From: Ignavibacteriota bacterium
GTDB taxonomy: Bacteria > Bacteroidota > Ignavibacteria > UBA10030
DNA length: 64,000 nucleotides
Reading direction: 5' to 3'
Assembly: GCA_003162695.1 (NCBI GenBank)
Contig: PMML01000046.1
Span: 32,512-96,511 of the forward strand
Positions 9,050 to 19,339 of this stretch are shown here, piece after piece. Every line of letters begins with the position of its first letter. Positions within the stretch are counted from its first letter, which is position 1. Under the pieces are notes generated by a model. It had not been told where the DNA came from. It was given only the letters and a program-made list of their open reading frames with translations, and did not search any database. The translations under genes were made by a program, and so were the position numbers.

Positions 9050-10531
9050 TTACAAGTCTTTTCTCTGCCATTCTTTAATTCTCTGATCGACAATGATGTC
9101 GGACGGGCGAAAAGGAGTTTTAAGAAATATTCCTTCGAACGTTCTGCAGCGGCTCAGGGCAACATAAGCCTGTCCATGGGCGAAGGCGCCTCTTCCGAGG
9201 TCGATAATCACTTTCGTGAAAGTCTTTCCCTGACTTTTATGTATGGTCATCGCCCATGCGAGTTTGATCGGATACTGACGAAAAGAACCGGTCACGAACG
9301 GTTCGATGACTCCGTTTTCACGGTCGTATTCATATTCAAGCTTTTCCCATGTCGATTGTTCGATAGTTTGATGTACGCCGTCGAACGAAATAGTAATGGC
9401 GTCGAACGCAAGATCTTCCACAATGCCGAGAGTGCCGTTGACCCATCGCTTGTTCGGATCGTTTTTAATCATCATCACCTGCGCTCCCTGCTTCAGCCGC
9501 AGGACTTTATCGGTGGGATATGATTTTTCATCGAAATCATCCACCGTTTCAGCGCTATAGATAAATTCCTTCGAAGGCAGTGAAACAAGCCGTTCGAGAT
9601 TAATGCTCGCTGCGCGGGCATTTGTACTTGTAAGCGTGACGGCGAGATCGTGGCGGCCGAGTTTCAAGGACGACGCATATCGTTCGTTGATTTTATGAAG
9701 ATCGTCCATTTCCATTTCTCTCGTACGAACTTTATTGAGGAGCGCCCGAAAGGCCGGATCATCCTGCCGAAAATTATTTTTGAGCTCAATCTTTTGAAGT
9801 TCTATTTCCTTAAAAACATTTGCGCTGTAGAAGAAGGGGGTCTCGTACCGTTCCATAAAATATTCTTCCAGCTCGGGTCCAACAACCGGCGGAAGCTGGA
9901 ACAGATCGCCGATCAGCACCATTTGGACGCCTCCGAACGGATCCAGAGGGCGATGACGGTTAAGGCGGAGCGATCGATCGACGGCATCCATGATATCGGC
10001 GCGCACCATGGAAACTTCGTCGATAACGAGTGTTTCAAGGGCCTGAAAAAGAGATTCTTTTCCCCAGAGTTTCCTGATATCTTCCGCATTGATCACATGC
10101 AGCGGGAACCGGAAAAATGAATGAATCGTCGACCCGCCGATATTGACGGCGGCGATGCCTGTAGGGGCAAGTAAAACCGTTTTCTTCTTTGTCTTTTCTT
10201 TAAAGTAATAGAGGAGCGTCGATTTTCCTGTGCCTGCATTTCCCGTGATATAAAAACTATTATTTGTGTTTTCTAGTTGTTCGAACGTGCTGGAAAATTC
10301 CGGAGTCAATTGAAAATCATCCGGAATACCAATGACGGCGGAAGCCGCGGGCTTTTTATCGGAGGCTTTCGAGAGATGTTTTACAGCTGCTTGAAGTTTA
10401 ATGATGTCCCGTGCTTCTTTTTCACTCTCACTGCCGGAGAAAACAGCATCCTTTTTGACACCTTGTTGAGTCTTTTTCCGGGGTTTCGGTTTATTTGTTT
10501 TAATTTTTTTTGGAGGTGTCATTTTCTGCAA
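9050..10531 (-). CDS. Pif1/RecD-family (SF1B) DNA helicase with lysine-rich N-terminal extension
   Basis: Walker A GNAGTGKST is present. The helicase motifs VLIGDLFQLPPV and the C-terminal AMTIHKSQGKTF are typical of Pif1/RecD/TraA-like helicases. The first about 90 aa are K/P-rich and low-complexity. Confidence 0.8.
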   Translation of the reverse strand: MQKMTPPKKIKTNKPKPRKKTQQGVKKDAVFSGSESEKEARDIIKLQAAVKHLSKASDKKPAASAVIGIPDDFQLTPEFSSTFEQLENTNNSFYITGNAGTGKSTLLYYFKEKTKKKTVLLAPTGIAAVNIGGSTIHSFFRFPLHVINAEDIRKLWGKESLFQALETLVIDEVSMVRADIMDAVDRSLRLNRHRPLDPFGGVQMVLIGDLFQLPPVVGPELEEYFMERYETPFFYSANVFKEIELQKIELKNNFRQDDPAFRALLNKVRTREMEMDDLHKINERYASSLKLGRHDLAVTLTSTNARAASINLERLVSLPSKEFIYSAETVDDFDEKSYPTDKVLRLKQGAQVMMIKNDPNKRWVNGTLGIVEDLAFDAITISFDGVHQTIEQSTWEKLEYEYDRENGVIEPFVTGSFRQYPIKLAWAMTIHKSQGKTFTKVIIDLGRGAFAHGQAYVALSRCRTFEGIFLKTPFRPSDIIVDQRIKEWQRKDL

Positions 10532-10671
10532 TACAAATTTCTTCTGCGGTAGACTGTGAAAGATTTCCTTATAATCAATTTTGCAAAATAAACCTTGGAA
10601 AGCAAAAAAGGAAGGGAGAATCGGGCACTATTGACCGGATTGCTCTCTTTCGAGGTTCCGGCCGCATGTTA

Positions 10672-10710
10672 TTTATAACTTTTTTATACTTTCTCCCGCT
10701 CTTTTTACAC
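10672..10710 (+). promoter_or_regulatory. Putative KdpE operator: direct repeats TTTATAAC / TTTATAC / TTTACAC upstream of kdpF
   Basis: The sequence tttataacttttttatactttctcccgctctttttacac contains three T-rich half-sites at 10672, 10683 and 10704 (11-bp and 21-bp phasing). It closely resembles the E. coli kdpFABC KdpE site TTTATACTTTTTTTACAC. It lies about 65 bp upstream of the kdpF ATG. Confidence 0.45.
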
Positions 10711-10774
10711 CTTCCGAATAGCTTTTTCCCTGTGCGTTCGACATTTTGAAGCCGTCAATGTGAAGGAATAAAAA

Positions 10775-10852
10775 ATGATTATCGGTCTTATTATTGCACT
10801 TCTGCTTTTAATATATCTGGTCTATACACTTATGAAACCGGAGAAATTTTAA
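10775..10852 (+). CDS. kdpF: KdpF, small hydrophobic subunit of K+-transporting ATPase
   Basis: 25-codon ORF, MIIGLIIALLLLIYLVYTLMKPEKF. Its TAA stop is 2 nt before the kdpA ATG. This size and position are typical of kdpF. Confidence 0.6.
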   Translation: MIIGLIIALLLLIYLVYTLMKPEKF

Positions 10853-10854
10853 AT

Positions 10855-12549
10855 ATGATCACGCCACGCGAAATAATGCAAATCGCAATTTACGTTGCCG
10901 CTCTCACGCTGCTCACGCCGCCGCTGGGAAAATTCATGGCAAAGGTTTTCAAAGGCGAACGGACATTTCTTTCCCCCGTTCTCGGATGGCTGGAGCGTCT
11001 GATTTACAAACTTGCGGGAATCGATCCCGCGCACGAAATGGATTGGAAGGCCTATTCGCTCGCCCTGCTCTTCTTCAATATCGCAGGATTTATCATTGTC
11101 TTCTTCCTCCAATTGCTTCAGGCGAGGCTTCCATTTAACCCGCAAAATCTTCCCAATGTTTCGTGGGACCTGGCATTCAATACGGCGGTGAGCTTCATGA
11201 CCAATACGAACTGGCAGTCGTACGCAGGTGAAACTACACTTGGTTATGCCGTGCAGATGTTCGGTCTGACGGTTCAGAACTTTGTGAGCGCGGCAACCGG
11301 CATTGCCGTTATGCTCGCTCTGGCGCGGGGCATTGCGCGTAAGACAACAAACGATATAGGAAATTTTTGGACCGATCTTGTACGTTCGACTCTCTACGTA
11401 CTTCTGCCGCTCTCGATTGTTTTCACGGTTGTTCTGGTCGGACAGGGAGTCGTTCAGACTTTTTCACCGTATCAGACTGTCACGACTTTAGAGGGACAAC
11501 AGCAAACAATTCCGCTCGGACCTGCCGCATCCCAGATTGCAATCAAACAGCTCGGGACTAACGGCGGTGGATTTTTTAACGCCAACAGCGCACATCCGTT
11601 CGAGAACCCAACACCTTTTTCAAATTTTCTGGAAATGCTTGCCCTTCTTCTTATTGCTTCGTCTCTCGTGTATTCCTACGGGAGTATCGTCAAAGCGAAG
11701 AAACATGCGTGGATCGTTTGGGGCGTCATGCTTTTTCTGTTCCTCGGCGGATTGGGATTTTCGCTCTGGTCGGAATATTCACTCAATCCTGTTACCGGAA
11801 TTGCGGGCGGAATGGAGGGAAAAGAAACGAGATTCGGTGTTGCCAACAGCATTCTCTGGTCCGTTGCAACCACGGATGCTTCGAACGGCTCGGTGAACTG
11901 CATGCACGATTCGCTCTCTCCTCTTTCCGGTTTCGTGTCCATGCTCAATATCAAGCTCGGTGAAATTATCTTTGGCGGAGTCGGTTCCGGCATGTACGGT
12001 ATGCTGATTTTTATTTTTCTGACGGTTTTTATCGCAGGACTAATGGTGGGCCGCACACCGGAGTATCTGGGAAAGAAAATAGAATCATTCGAAGTGAAAA
12101 TGGCAACGATCGCCATGCTGCTGCCGAGCGCCTGCATTCTCATCTTCACGGCTGTTGCCTGTCTGTTCGATGCAGGGACGTCGAGCATCAGCAACGGTGG
12201 TCCGCATGGATATTCTCAGATGTTGTACGCTTTCGCTTCCGCCGCAGGAAATAACGGCAGCGCTTTTGCCGGATTGAATGCGAACACAGTGTTTTACAAC
12301 GTGCTTCTCGGCATCGATATGCTGATCGGGCGTTACGGCGTCATTTTTCCGATGCTCGCAATTGCCGGAAGTCTGGCAAAAAAGAAGATCGTTCCGCTCT
12401 CCTCGGGAACATTCCCGACCGATACGGCTCTTTTTGCCCTTCTGCTGATCGGTACGATTCTCATAGTCGGGGCGTTGACATTTTTCCCGACGCTTGCACT
12501 TGGCCCGATTATCGAACATTTCCTCATGTTGAAAGGACATGCTTTCTAA
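10855..12549 (+). CDS. kdpA: Potassium-transporting ATPase subunit A
   Basis: 564 aa. The N-terminus [32 protein letters not shown] and the selectivity-filter-like [18 protein letters not shown] and [10 protein letters not shown] motifs are characteristic of KdpA. Confidence 0.95.
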   Translation: MITPREIMQIAIYVAALTLLTPPLGKFMAKVFKGERTFLSPVLGWLERLIYKLAGIDPAHEMDWKAYSLALLFFNIAGFIIVFFLQLLQARLPFNPQNLPNVSWDLAFNTAVSFMTNTNWQSYAGETTLGYAVQMFGLTVQNFVSAATGIAVMLALARGIARKTTNDIGNFWTDLVRSTLYVLLPLSIVFTVVLVGQGVVQTFSPYQTVTTLEGQQQTIPLGPAASQIAIKQLGTNGGGFFNANSAHPFENPTPFSNFLEMLALLLIASSLVYSYGSIVKAKKHAWIVWGVMLFLFLGGLGFSLWSEYSLNPVTGIAGGMEGKETRFGVANSILWSVATTDASNGSVNCMHDSLSPLSGFVSMLNIKLGEIIFGGVGSGMYGMLIFIFLTVFIAGLMVGRTPEYLGKKIESFEVKMATIAMLLPSACILIFTAVACLFDAGTSSISNGGPHGYSQMLYAFASAAGNNGSAFAGLNANTVFYNVLLGIDMLIGRYGVIFPMLAIAGSLAKKKIVPLSSGTFPTDTALFALLLIGTILIVGALTFFPTLALGPIIEHFLMLKGHAF

Positions 12550-12551
12550 AG

Positions 12552-14651
12552 ATGAATAAGAAACCCATATCTTCGACGTTATCGTTTCTCTCGGGTGAGA
12601 TCATCATTCAGGCGCTCAAAGATGCCTTAAAGAAATTTCATCCGCGATCCATGGTGAAGAATCCGGTCATGTTTGTCGTTGCGGTCGGTTCCGTGATAAC
12701 AACGTTCATCGTAGCGGGGGATATCTTCGACGGTCATACATCATTCTTCAATATTCAGGTAATGATCTGGCTCTGGTTTACGGTGCTGTTCGCTAATTTT
12801 GCCGAAGCGATAGCAGAAGGACGGGGAAAAGCACAAGCGGAAGCCTTGAAGAAAAATCGTTCTCAAATCGTTGCGCGGAAACTGGAAGGTGAAGAAGAAA
12901 TTTCTATTCCTGCGACCGAACTGCATAAAGGAGATATCGTCGTCTGCGAAGCGGGGGATGTCATTCCTTCGGACGGTGTTATCATCGAAGGGATTGCAAG
13001 CGTCGATGAATCCACCATTACCGGCGAATCCGCACCGGTTATTCGGGAAAGCGGCGATGATCGAAGCGCTGTCACGGGCGGGACCAAAGTGCTCAGCGAT
13101 CGGATTGTTGTCCGGATCGTTTCGGAACAAGGAGATACCTTCCTCGATAGGATTATTTCTTTGGTCGAAGGATCGAAACGCCAGAAAACTCCGAACGAGA
13201 TTGCGTTGACAATTCTCCTCTCTGCTTTAACAATCATTTTTCTGCTTGTTGTAGCGACGCTGCCGCCGTTCGTGCAATTCAGCGAAAAAGCGGCGGGACA
13301 ATCCGGAGGCGTACTGACGACGCTGCCTGTGCTGATTTCTCTTCTTGTCTGCTTGATTCCAACGACCATCGGCGGGCTTTTAAGCGCTATCGGTATCAGC
13401 GGTATGGATCGGCTGATTCGACAGAATGTCATTGCTACGAGCGGGCGTGCAGCAGAAGCAGCCGGGGATGTGGATGTGCTGCTGCTGGACAAGACAGGAA
13501 CTATTACGCTCGGTAATCGCATGGCGACGGAATTTATTGCTGCACCGGGAATTTCACAGGAGCGTCTTGTCGATGCGGCCCAGCTTTCTTCTCTTGCAGA
13601 TGAAACGCCGGAGGGGCGTTCGATCGTGATTCTTGCAAAAGAAAAATACCAATTGCGCGGAAGAACGGTCTCCGACGTTGAGACCCATTTTGTTCCCTTT
13701 ACCGCACAAACGCGTATGAGCGGCGTCGATCTTTTTCCGGCGTCATCGCACAAACGCATTATTCGCAAAGGTTCTGCAGATGCCATTAAGAATTTTATTG
13801 CCGAACAAAATGGATTCTTTCCGAAAGAAGTTCAATCCGTCGTCGACGATATAGCACGCCGCGGTTCAACGCCGCTGGTTGTTTCAGAAAACAAAGAAGT
13901 CCTCGGCGTCATTCAGTTGAAAGATGTCGTCAAAGGAGGCATCAAAGAACGTTTTGCCCAGCTTCGTTCCATGGGAATACGAACGGTGATGATCACCGGC
14001 GATAACCCGCTGACCGCAGCGGCCATTGCGGCGGAAGCCGGTGTGGATGATTTTATTGCAGAAGCTAAACCGGAAGACAAATTGAAACGTATCCGCGATG
14101 AACAGGCGAGCGGACGGTTAGTCGGTATGATCGGAGATGGAACGAACGACGCTCCTGCTCTCGCGCAAGCCGATGTCGGAATAGCGATGAACAGCGGAAC
14201 ACAGGCGGCGCGTGAAGCGGGCAACATGGTCGATCTCGACAGCAATCCCACAAAGCTTATTGAGGTTGTAGAAACTGGAAAGCAGCTTCTTATGACGCGC
14301 GGAGCATTGACGACCTTCAGCATTGCAAACGATGTTGCAAAATACTTTGCCATTATTCCGGCAATGGCGGGAACCCTGTATGCGTTTTCATCGGCGGAAG
14401 GCCCATTATCCGCGTTGAATATCATGCATCTGGCTTCACCGCAGAGTGCGATCTTGAGCGCTGTTATTTTCAATGCGCTTATTATTGTCGCACTTATTCC
14501 GCTTGCATTGAAAGGAGTTAAATATCGTCCAGTCGGTGCGAACTCAGTCCTTTGGAGAAATTTGTGGATCTACGGCGCCGGGGGTATTATCGTTCCTTTT
14601 ATCGGTATAAAATTAATCGATCTTCTTATCGTTGCCATGCGATGGGTATAA
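12552..14651 (+). CDS. kdpB: Potassium-transporting ATPase subunit B (P-type ATPase)
   Basis: 699 aa. The P-type motifs [17 protein letters not shown] and [10 protein letters not shown] are present. The ATG is 3 nt after the kdpA stop. Confidence 0.95.
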   Translation: MNKKPISSTLSFLSGEIIIQALKDALKKFHPRSMVKNPVMFVVAVGSVITTFIVAGDIFDGHTSFFNIQVMIWLWFTVLFANFAEAIAEGRGKAQAEALKKNRSQIVARKLEGEEEISIPATELHKGDIVVCEAGDVIPSDGVIIEGIASVDESTITGESAPVIRESGDDRSAVTGGTKVLSDRIVVRIVSEQGDTFLDRIISLVEGSKRQKTPNEIALTILLSALTIIFLLVVATLPPFVQFSEKAAGQSGGVLTTLPVLISLLVCLIPTTIGGLLSAIGISGMDRLIRQNVIATSGRAAEAAGDVDVLLLDKTGTITLGNRMATEFIAAPGISQERLVDAAQLSSLADETPEGRSIVILAKEKYQLRGRTVSDVETHFVPFTAQTRMSGVDLFPASSHKRIIRKGSADAIKNFIAEQNGFFPKEVQSVVDDIARRGSTPLVVSENKEVLGVIQLKDVVKGGIKERFAQLRSMGIRTVMITGDNPLTAAAIAAEAGVDDFIAEAKPEDKLKRIRDEQASGRLVGMIGDGTNDAPALAQADVGIAMNSGTQAAREAGNMVDLDSNPTKLIEVVETGKQLLMTRGALTTFSIANDVAKYFAIIPAMAGTLYAFSSAEGPLSALNIMHLASPQSAILSAVIFNALIIVALIPLALKGVKYRPVGANSVLWRNLWIYGAGGIIVPFIGIKLIDLLIVAMRWV

Positions 14652-14670
14652 AAATATAGGAGTCGATTTT

Positions 14671-14832
14671 ATGGACGCAATTAAATCGAAATTAATAAAG
14701 AGCCGCCGTATGACGATGCTCATGCTAGTCTTTGCATTTATCGCCGGACTGATGGTCGGTTTGATTTTTCACGATTCGCTTGTCCGGCAACCCGTTCCCG
14801 ACACGGACATACATCGATGGTATCCGCGGTGA
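14671..14832 (+). CDS. Small (53 aa) single-TM protein inserted between kdpB and kdpC
   Basis: AGGAG lies 8 nt upstream of the ATG at 14671. The sequence is [38 protein letters not shown]... and has one hydrophobic helix. The ORF track shows a longer ORF from 14632. Confidence 0.45.
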   Translation: MDAIKSKLIKSRRMTMLMLVFAFIAGLMVGLIFHDSLVRQPVPDTDIHRWYPR

Positions 14833-14869
14833 ACGGAGCAAGCAGCATTTATAGAATGGATCATAAAAT

Positions 14870-15451
14870 ATGAAAAATAATATCTGGATATCTGTACGCA
14901 TGATTGTCGTTCTGACAATTCTTACCGGAGTTTTGTATCCGCTCCTGCTCACTGTTTTTGCGCAGTTGGTTTTTCCCCGTCAAGCAAACGGAAGCATGAT
15001 CGAAAGCCGTGGAAAAATCATCGGCTCGGAATTGCTTTCCCAGAAAACAGTCGATGATAAATATTTCTGGCCCCGTCCTTCTGCCGTCGATTGGAATCCG
15101 CTCCCGTCCGGCGGAAGCAATTTGGGTCCGACAAGCCAGGCTCTTGCGGATTCGCTGCGAGCCAACCGGAAGAGCTTTATCGAACGAAACAATCTCTCTG
15201 CAATGACTGTTGTTCCGAAAGACATGCTTTTTGCTTCCGGAAGCGGTCTTGATCCGCATATTTCTCCACAGTCTGCATTGCTGCAAGTCGGTCGGGTTGC
15301 AGCCGCTCGCGCTCTGGACTCGGTTCGGACTGAACAATTGAAAACCCTGGTCTGGAAGCATATTGAATTTCCTCAATACGGACTCTTTGGGGAAGAACGG
15401 GTCAATGTTCTGCTCTTAAATTGTGATCTGGACAGCGAATTCAACTTATAA
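14870..15451 (+). CDS. kdpC: Potassium-transporting ATPase subunit C
   Basis: 193 aa. The N-terminus MKNNIWISVRMIVVLTILTGVLYPLLLTVFAQLVFPRQANGS is a canonical KdpC TM anchor. Confidence 0.9.
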   Translation: MKNNIWISVRMIVVLTILTGVLYPLLLTVFAQLVFPRQANGSMIESRGKIIGSELLSQKTVDDKYFWPRPSAVDWNPLPSGGSNLGPTSQALADSLRANRKSFIERNNLSAMTVVPKDMLFASGSGLDPHISPQSALLQVGRVAAARALDSVRTEQLKTLVWKHIEFPQYGLFGEERVNVLLLNCDLDSEFNL

Positions 15452-15464
15452 CCAAAAAGCGTGT

Positions 15465-15734
15465 ATGAAAAGAAAATATCGCAGCGACGATTCTGGAATT
15501 TTCAGCGCATTTCTACTTATTCTTCTGTGCTGCATTTTATTTGCTTTCGTTTTCCGTTCACGCTTGTTCCCGTCTCAGCAGGCGGTGTGGAAAATGGAGT
15601 CTCCGACCGATCCGAGTCAGATTGATACAATCGCTGCTCGAATTCAAAAGCTTGAAACTGGTATTCGCTTCTTTTCAATCGATCCTAAAAAAGCCGTATG
15701 GAAAAGCACGAATTTGACGGATTCGGCAAAATAA
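15465..15734 (+). CDS. Hypothetical small membrane protein between kdpC and kdpD
   Basis: The internal start MKRKYRS... of ORF 15423..15734 is followed by one TM segment (IFSAFLLILLCCILFAFVF). No homology was recognised, so it may not be expressed. Confidence 0.35.
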   Translation: MKRKYRSDDSGIFSAFLLILLCCILFAFVFRSRLFPSQQAVWKMESPTDPSQIDTIAARIQKLETGIRFFSIDPKKAVWKSTNLTDSAK

Positions 15735-15853
15735 AGCAAATAACGGCTTTTTCACCTCCTTTTCAAACGGCAGAAAAGTTCTCCGGCGGAAGAAATTTGA
15801 CAGGAATTTTGATATTTTGAATTATTAGAAAGAAGGATAACCAAAGTATATCC

Positions 15854-18526
15854 ATGCAGGAATTTGACGAAACCCGACCCGATCCCGATGCGCTGCTCAA
15901 CGCTTTGAAAAAAGAAGAAGCGCATTTCCGGCGCGGCAAGTTGAAAATTTTTTTCGGTATGTGTGCCGGTGCAGGGAAGACGTACGATATGCTCAAGTCT
16001 GCCCACGAAGCACAATCGAAAAAAATCGACGTTGTTGTCGGTTACATAGAAACACATAAAAGGCCGGAAACGGAAGCGTTGATTGACGGTTTGATAGTCA
16101 TACCGAGAAAGAAGCTAGAGTACCGCGGTGTATCGCTTGAAGAAATGGATCTGGACGCAATTCTTGAACGCAAGCCGAAGATCGTACTGGTCGACGAACT
16201 TGCACACACGAATGTGCCGGGGAGCCGTCATACCAGACGATATCAGGATGTTCTTGAACTCCTCGATAACGGTATCGATGTCTTCACGACACTGAATGTT
16301 CAGCATATTGAAAGCAGGGCTGAAACCGTGGCGCAGATCACCGGTTCGATCGTCCGCGAAACCGTTCCCGATTCGATTCTTGAGCAGGCCGATGAGGTCG
16401 AACTCATCGATATCTCACCGGAAGAATTGTTAAAACGGCTTGCAGAGGGAAAAGTCTACACGCCGGAAAGATCCATGCATGCGGCGCAGAATTTTTTTCG
16501 CAAGGGGAACCTGACCGCACTGCGTGAAATGTCTTTGCGCATGACTGCAGAACGCGTCGATCACCAGTTGCGCGATTACATGCAATCAAAGCGAATAACC
16601 GATACATGGAAATCGGGACAGCGGATGATGGTCGGTATCAGCCCGAGTCCGTCGACGATTTCGGTGATTCGCTGGGCGCGGCGTATGGCGTATACCATGG
16701 ATGCGACATGGATCGCGGTCTATGTTGAATCGTCCAAAGCGCTAAGCGATGAAGAAAAAAAACAGCTCAACAACAATATCAAGCTTGCCGGCGAACTCGG
16801 GGCGGAAATTGTAACGACTGCGGACGAACATATTGCACGCGCTTTGATCCGGGTTGCACGGCAGCAAAACGTCACGCAGATTCTGGTCGGAAAAACACGC
16901 CGCCGGTATCCGTTTATGCCGACGCTTCTCGATGAGATCATTGAAAACAGCGGCGATCTCGATGTTTATGCGGTAGGGGGTGACACAACTGAAGGAACTA
17001 TAAAACGGAAAATCGTCATTCCTAAAATTCGTTCCAGTTTGTCGCAATATATTCTTGCTGCAACGGCCGTCTTTCTTGTCGTCATGGCCTGCTATCCGTT
17101 CACGAATTATTTCGGATATCAGACTGTTGCATTAATTCTCCTGTTTACGGTCGTTCTGCTTCCGCTTGTGTTCGATGTCGGTCCCGTACTTCTGGCCGCG
17201 ACGTTGAGCGCCTTGTTGTGGGATTATTTCTTTATCCCGCCGCAGTTCACGATTCTGATCGCTTTACCTCAGGATTATCTTTTCCTTGCAGCGTATTTTG
17301 TCATTGCGGCGGTCACGGGCGTGCTGACAGCACGAATACGGGCGCGGGAGCAGGTAGTACGGCTGCGGGAAGAACATTCCACTGCGCTTTTTACATTGAC
17401 CAAACATTTGATTGCAACAAAAACACAGGATGAAGTCGCGGAAGCGGCGATAAAAAATGTCTCGTCTTTCTTCAATTCCGATGTTGCGATCTTTCTCAGT
17501 CAGCCGGACGGAGATATTTTTACGGCAGCTCACCCGCACAGCACCTATGCGGTGAACGGAAAAGAATTCGGTGTCGCGGCGTGGACGTACTGGAACGAAA
17601 AGAAAGCAGGAAAATTCACCGATACGCTGCCGGCTACAACTGCGACATACTATCCTGTTTCCGGCCCCCGTTATCCCTTAGGAGTTATCGGCGTTCAGAC
17701 GAAGAACGGAAAACAGTTCAGCATCGATCAGGAGTCACTTCTGCAAAATTTTATAGCCCAGATCGCTTCAACGCTCGAACGCGAACAACTGAGCGAACTC
17801 GCCAAACGCACGGTGGTGTATGCAGAGTCGGAAAAGCTTTATAAAACGCTCTTCAATTCCATATCCCATGAATTGCGGACACCGATTGCGGCGATTGTCA
17901 GCGCATCCGAAGGAATGTTGACCTTGCCGGAAATGAACAGCAGCGCTCTGGGGAAAACGCTGACAAATGAAATTCATACCGCGGCGGAACGACTTAACCG
18001 GCTCGTCGAGAATCTCCTTGATATGACACGTCTTGAATCGGGACAGCTTGCGCCAAAAAAAGATTGGTGCGATGTACGGGATATCATTCAGGCTTCCTTA
18101 AAAAAGCTGCAGGCGGAACTTTCACAGCATGTCGTAACGATCAATGTGGCAGAAGATATGCCGCTTGTACAGCTTGATTTCGGCTTGATCGAGCAGGTCT
18201 GTACAAATCTTTTGCACAATGCATCGCTCTATACGCCTCCGGGAACGGTTATTGCGATTGATGCATCGATATATGAAAACGAACTGCTGTTGACGATTCA
18301 TGACAATGGCCCGGGATTTCCGGCAGATGCTCAGAAAAGAATTTTTGATAAATTCTATCGTGTACCTGGAACGCGAACCGGAGGAACCGGACTCGGCCTT
18401 TCGATTGTGCGCGGATTCGTTGAGGCGCACAAAGGCACAATCACGGCGTCGAATAAACCGTCCGGCGGAGCTCAATTCGTTATCCGCATTCCGGTAGAGG
18501 TTCAACAGCCGATGGAAATACAATAA
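15854..18526 (+). CDS. kdpD: Sensor histidine kinase KdpD
   Basis: 890 aa. The N-terminal KdpD domain (GMCAGAGKTYDML) is followed by a Usp-like region, 4 TM helices, a GAF-like region, a HisKA domain (ISHELRTP) and an HATPase_c domain (DNGPGFP...GGTGLGLSIV). Confidence 0.9.
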   Translation: MQEFDETRPDPDALLNALKKEEAHFRRGKLKIFFGMCAGAGKTYDMLKSAHEAQSKKIDVVVGYIETHKRPETEALIDGLIVIPRKKLEYRGVSLEEMDLDAILERKPKIVLVDELAHTNVPGSRHTRRYQDVLELLDNGIDVFTTLNVQHIESRAETVAQITGSIVRETVPDSILEQADEVELIDISPEELLKRLAEGKVYTPERSMHAAQNFFRKGNLTALREMSLRMTAERVDHQLRDYMQSKRITDTWKSGQRMMVGISPSPSTISVIRWARRMAYTMDATWIAVYVESSKALSDEEKKQLNNNIKLAGELGAEIVTTADEHIARALIRVARQQNVTQILVGKTRRRYPFMPTLLDEIIENSGDLDVYAVGGDTTEGTIKRKIVIPKIRSSLSQYILAATAVFLVVMACYPFTNYFGYQTVALILLFTVVLLPLVFDVGPVLLAATLSALLWDYFFIPPQFTILIALPQDYLFLAAYFVIAAVTGVLTARIRAREQVVRLREEHSTALFTLTKHLIATKTQDEVAEAAIKNVSSFFNSDVAIFLSQPDGDIFTAAHPHSTYAVNGKEFGVAAWTYWNEKKAGKFTDTLPATTATYYPVSGPRYPLGVIGVQTKNGKQFSIDQESLLQNFIAQIASTLEREQLSELAKRTVVYAESEKLYKTLFNSISHELRTPIAAIVSASEGMLTLPEMNSSALGKTLTNEIHTAAERLNRLVENLLDMTRLESGQLAPKKDWCDVRDIIQASLKKLQAELSQHVVTINVAEDMPLVQLDFGLIEQVCTNLLHNASLYTPPGTVIAIDASIYENELLLTIHDNGPGFPADAQKRIFDKFYRVPGTRTGGTGLGLSIVRGFVEAHKGTITASNKPSGGAQFVIRIPVEVQQPMEIQ

Positions 18527-18533
18527 AAATTCT

Positions 18534-19232
18534 ATGCCGCCTATCAAGGAAGAGATATTGGTAATTGACGATGAAGCGCAGATGCGCCGTCTGCTCAGCG
18601 TGACACTGGAATCCGCAGGGTACAGCGTAACGCTTGCAGAAAATGCGGCAGAGGGAATCCGTAACGCAGAGACCCATCGCTACGAAGCCATCGTTCTGGA
18701 TCTGGGACTGCCCGATTCCGACGGGATCGATGTTTTAAAAAAAATCCGGCAATGGGCTGTGTATCCGATTATTATTCTTTCGGTTCGATCTTCTGAGAAC
18801 GGTATTATTGAAGCGCTCGATGCCGGTGCAAATGATTACCTGACGAAGCCGTTCCGCAGCGGTGAATTGCTGGCGAGAATTCGATCGGCTCTTCGATTGT
18901 ACACGACATCGCCAGGCGGGTCGAAATTTTTCTTTTCCGGAATCGAAGTCGATCTCGAAATGCGCGTTGTGCGGAAACGAGGAGAAGTTGTTAAACTGAC
19001 GCCGACTGAATTTTCTTTGCTTTCATTGTTTATTCACAATGCCGGCAAGGTTTTGACGCATAATTATATTCTGCAGCAGGTCTGGGGACCGAAGTTCGAA
19101 GGGGAATCGCAGTACACCCGCGTATATGTCGGTCAGTTGCGAAAAAAACTCGAAGAAAATCCAAATAATCCTTCATTTTTTGTAACAGAGTCGGGGATCG
19201 GCTACCGATTTACCCTGGAGAATGAAAAATAG
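18534..19232 (+). CDS. kdpE: OmpR-family response regulator KdpE
   Basis: 232 aa. A receiver domain (ILVIDDEAQ..., D54-like in AIVLDLGLPD) is followed by a winged-helix trans_reg_C domain. The gene lies 8 nt downstream of kdpD. Confidence 0.85.
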   Translation: MPPIKEEILVIDDEAQMRRLLSVTLESAGYSVTLAENAAEGIRNAETHRYEAIVLDLGLPDSDGIDVLKKIRQWAVYPIIILSVRSSENGIIEALDAGANDYLTKPFRSGELLARIRSALRLYTTSPGGSKFFFSGIEVDLEMRVVRKRGEVVKLTPTEFSLLSLFIHNAGKVLTHNYILQQVWGPKFEGESQYTRVYVGQLRKKLEENPNNPSFFVTESGIGYRFTLENEK

Positions 19233-19339
19233 GACTTAAGTCATTCTGTGTTCTTCATTCTGAGTGCTGTATTTTTAATCCGTTGTCTCTTTCTCCTTTT
19301 TTCCCTACTTTCGATAAACATCCGGAATGATAGAGTACG

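Noticed and set aside
11676-12540. Minus-strand ORFs of 172 and 151 aa within kdpA
   Set aside because: They are antisense to kdpA and show no recognisable features.
12863-13786. 307-aa ORF on the minus strand inside kdpB (also 13913..14473, 186 aa)
   Set aside because: It is antisense to an unambiguous, motif-complete P-type ATPase gene. It is a shadow ORF, typical of moderately GC-rich coding sequence.
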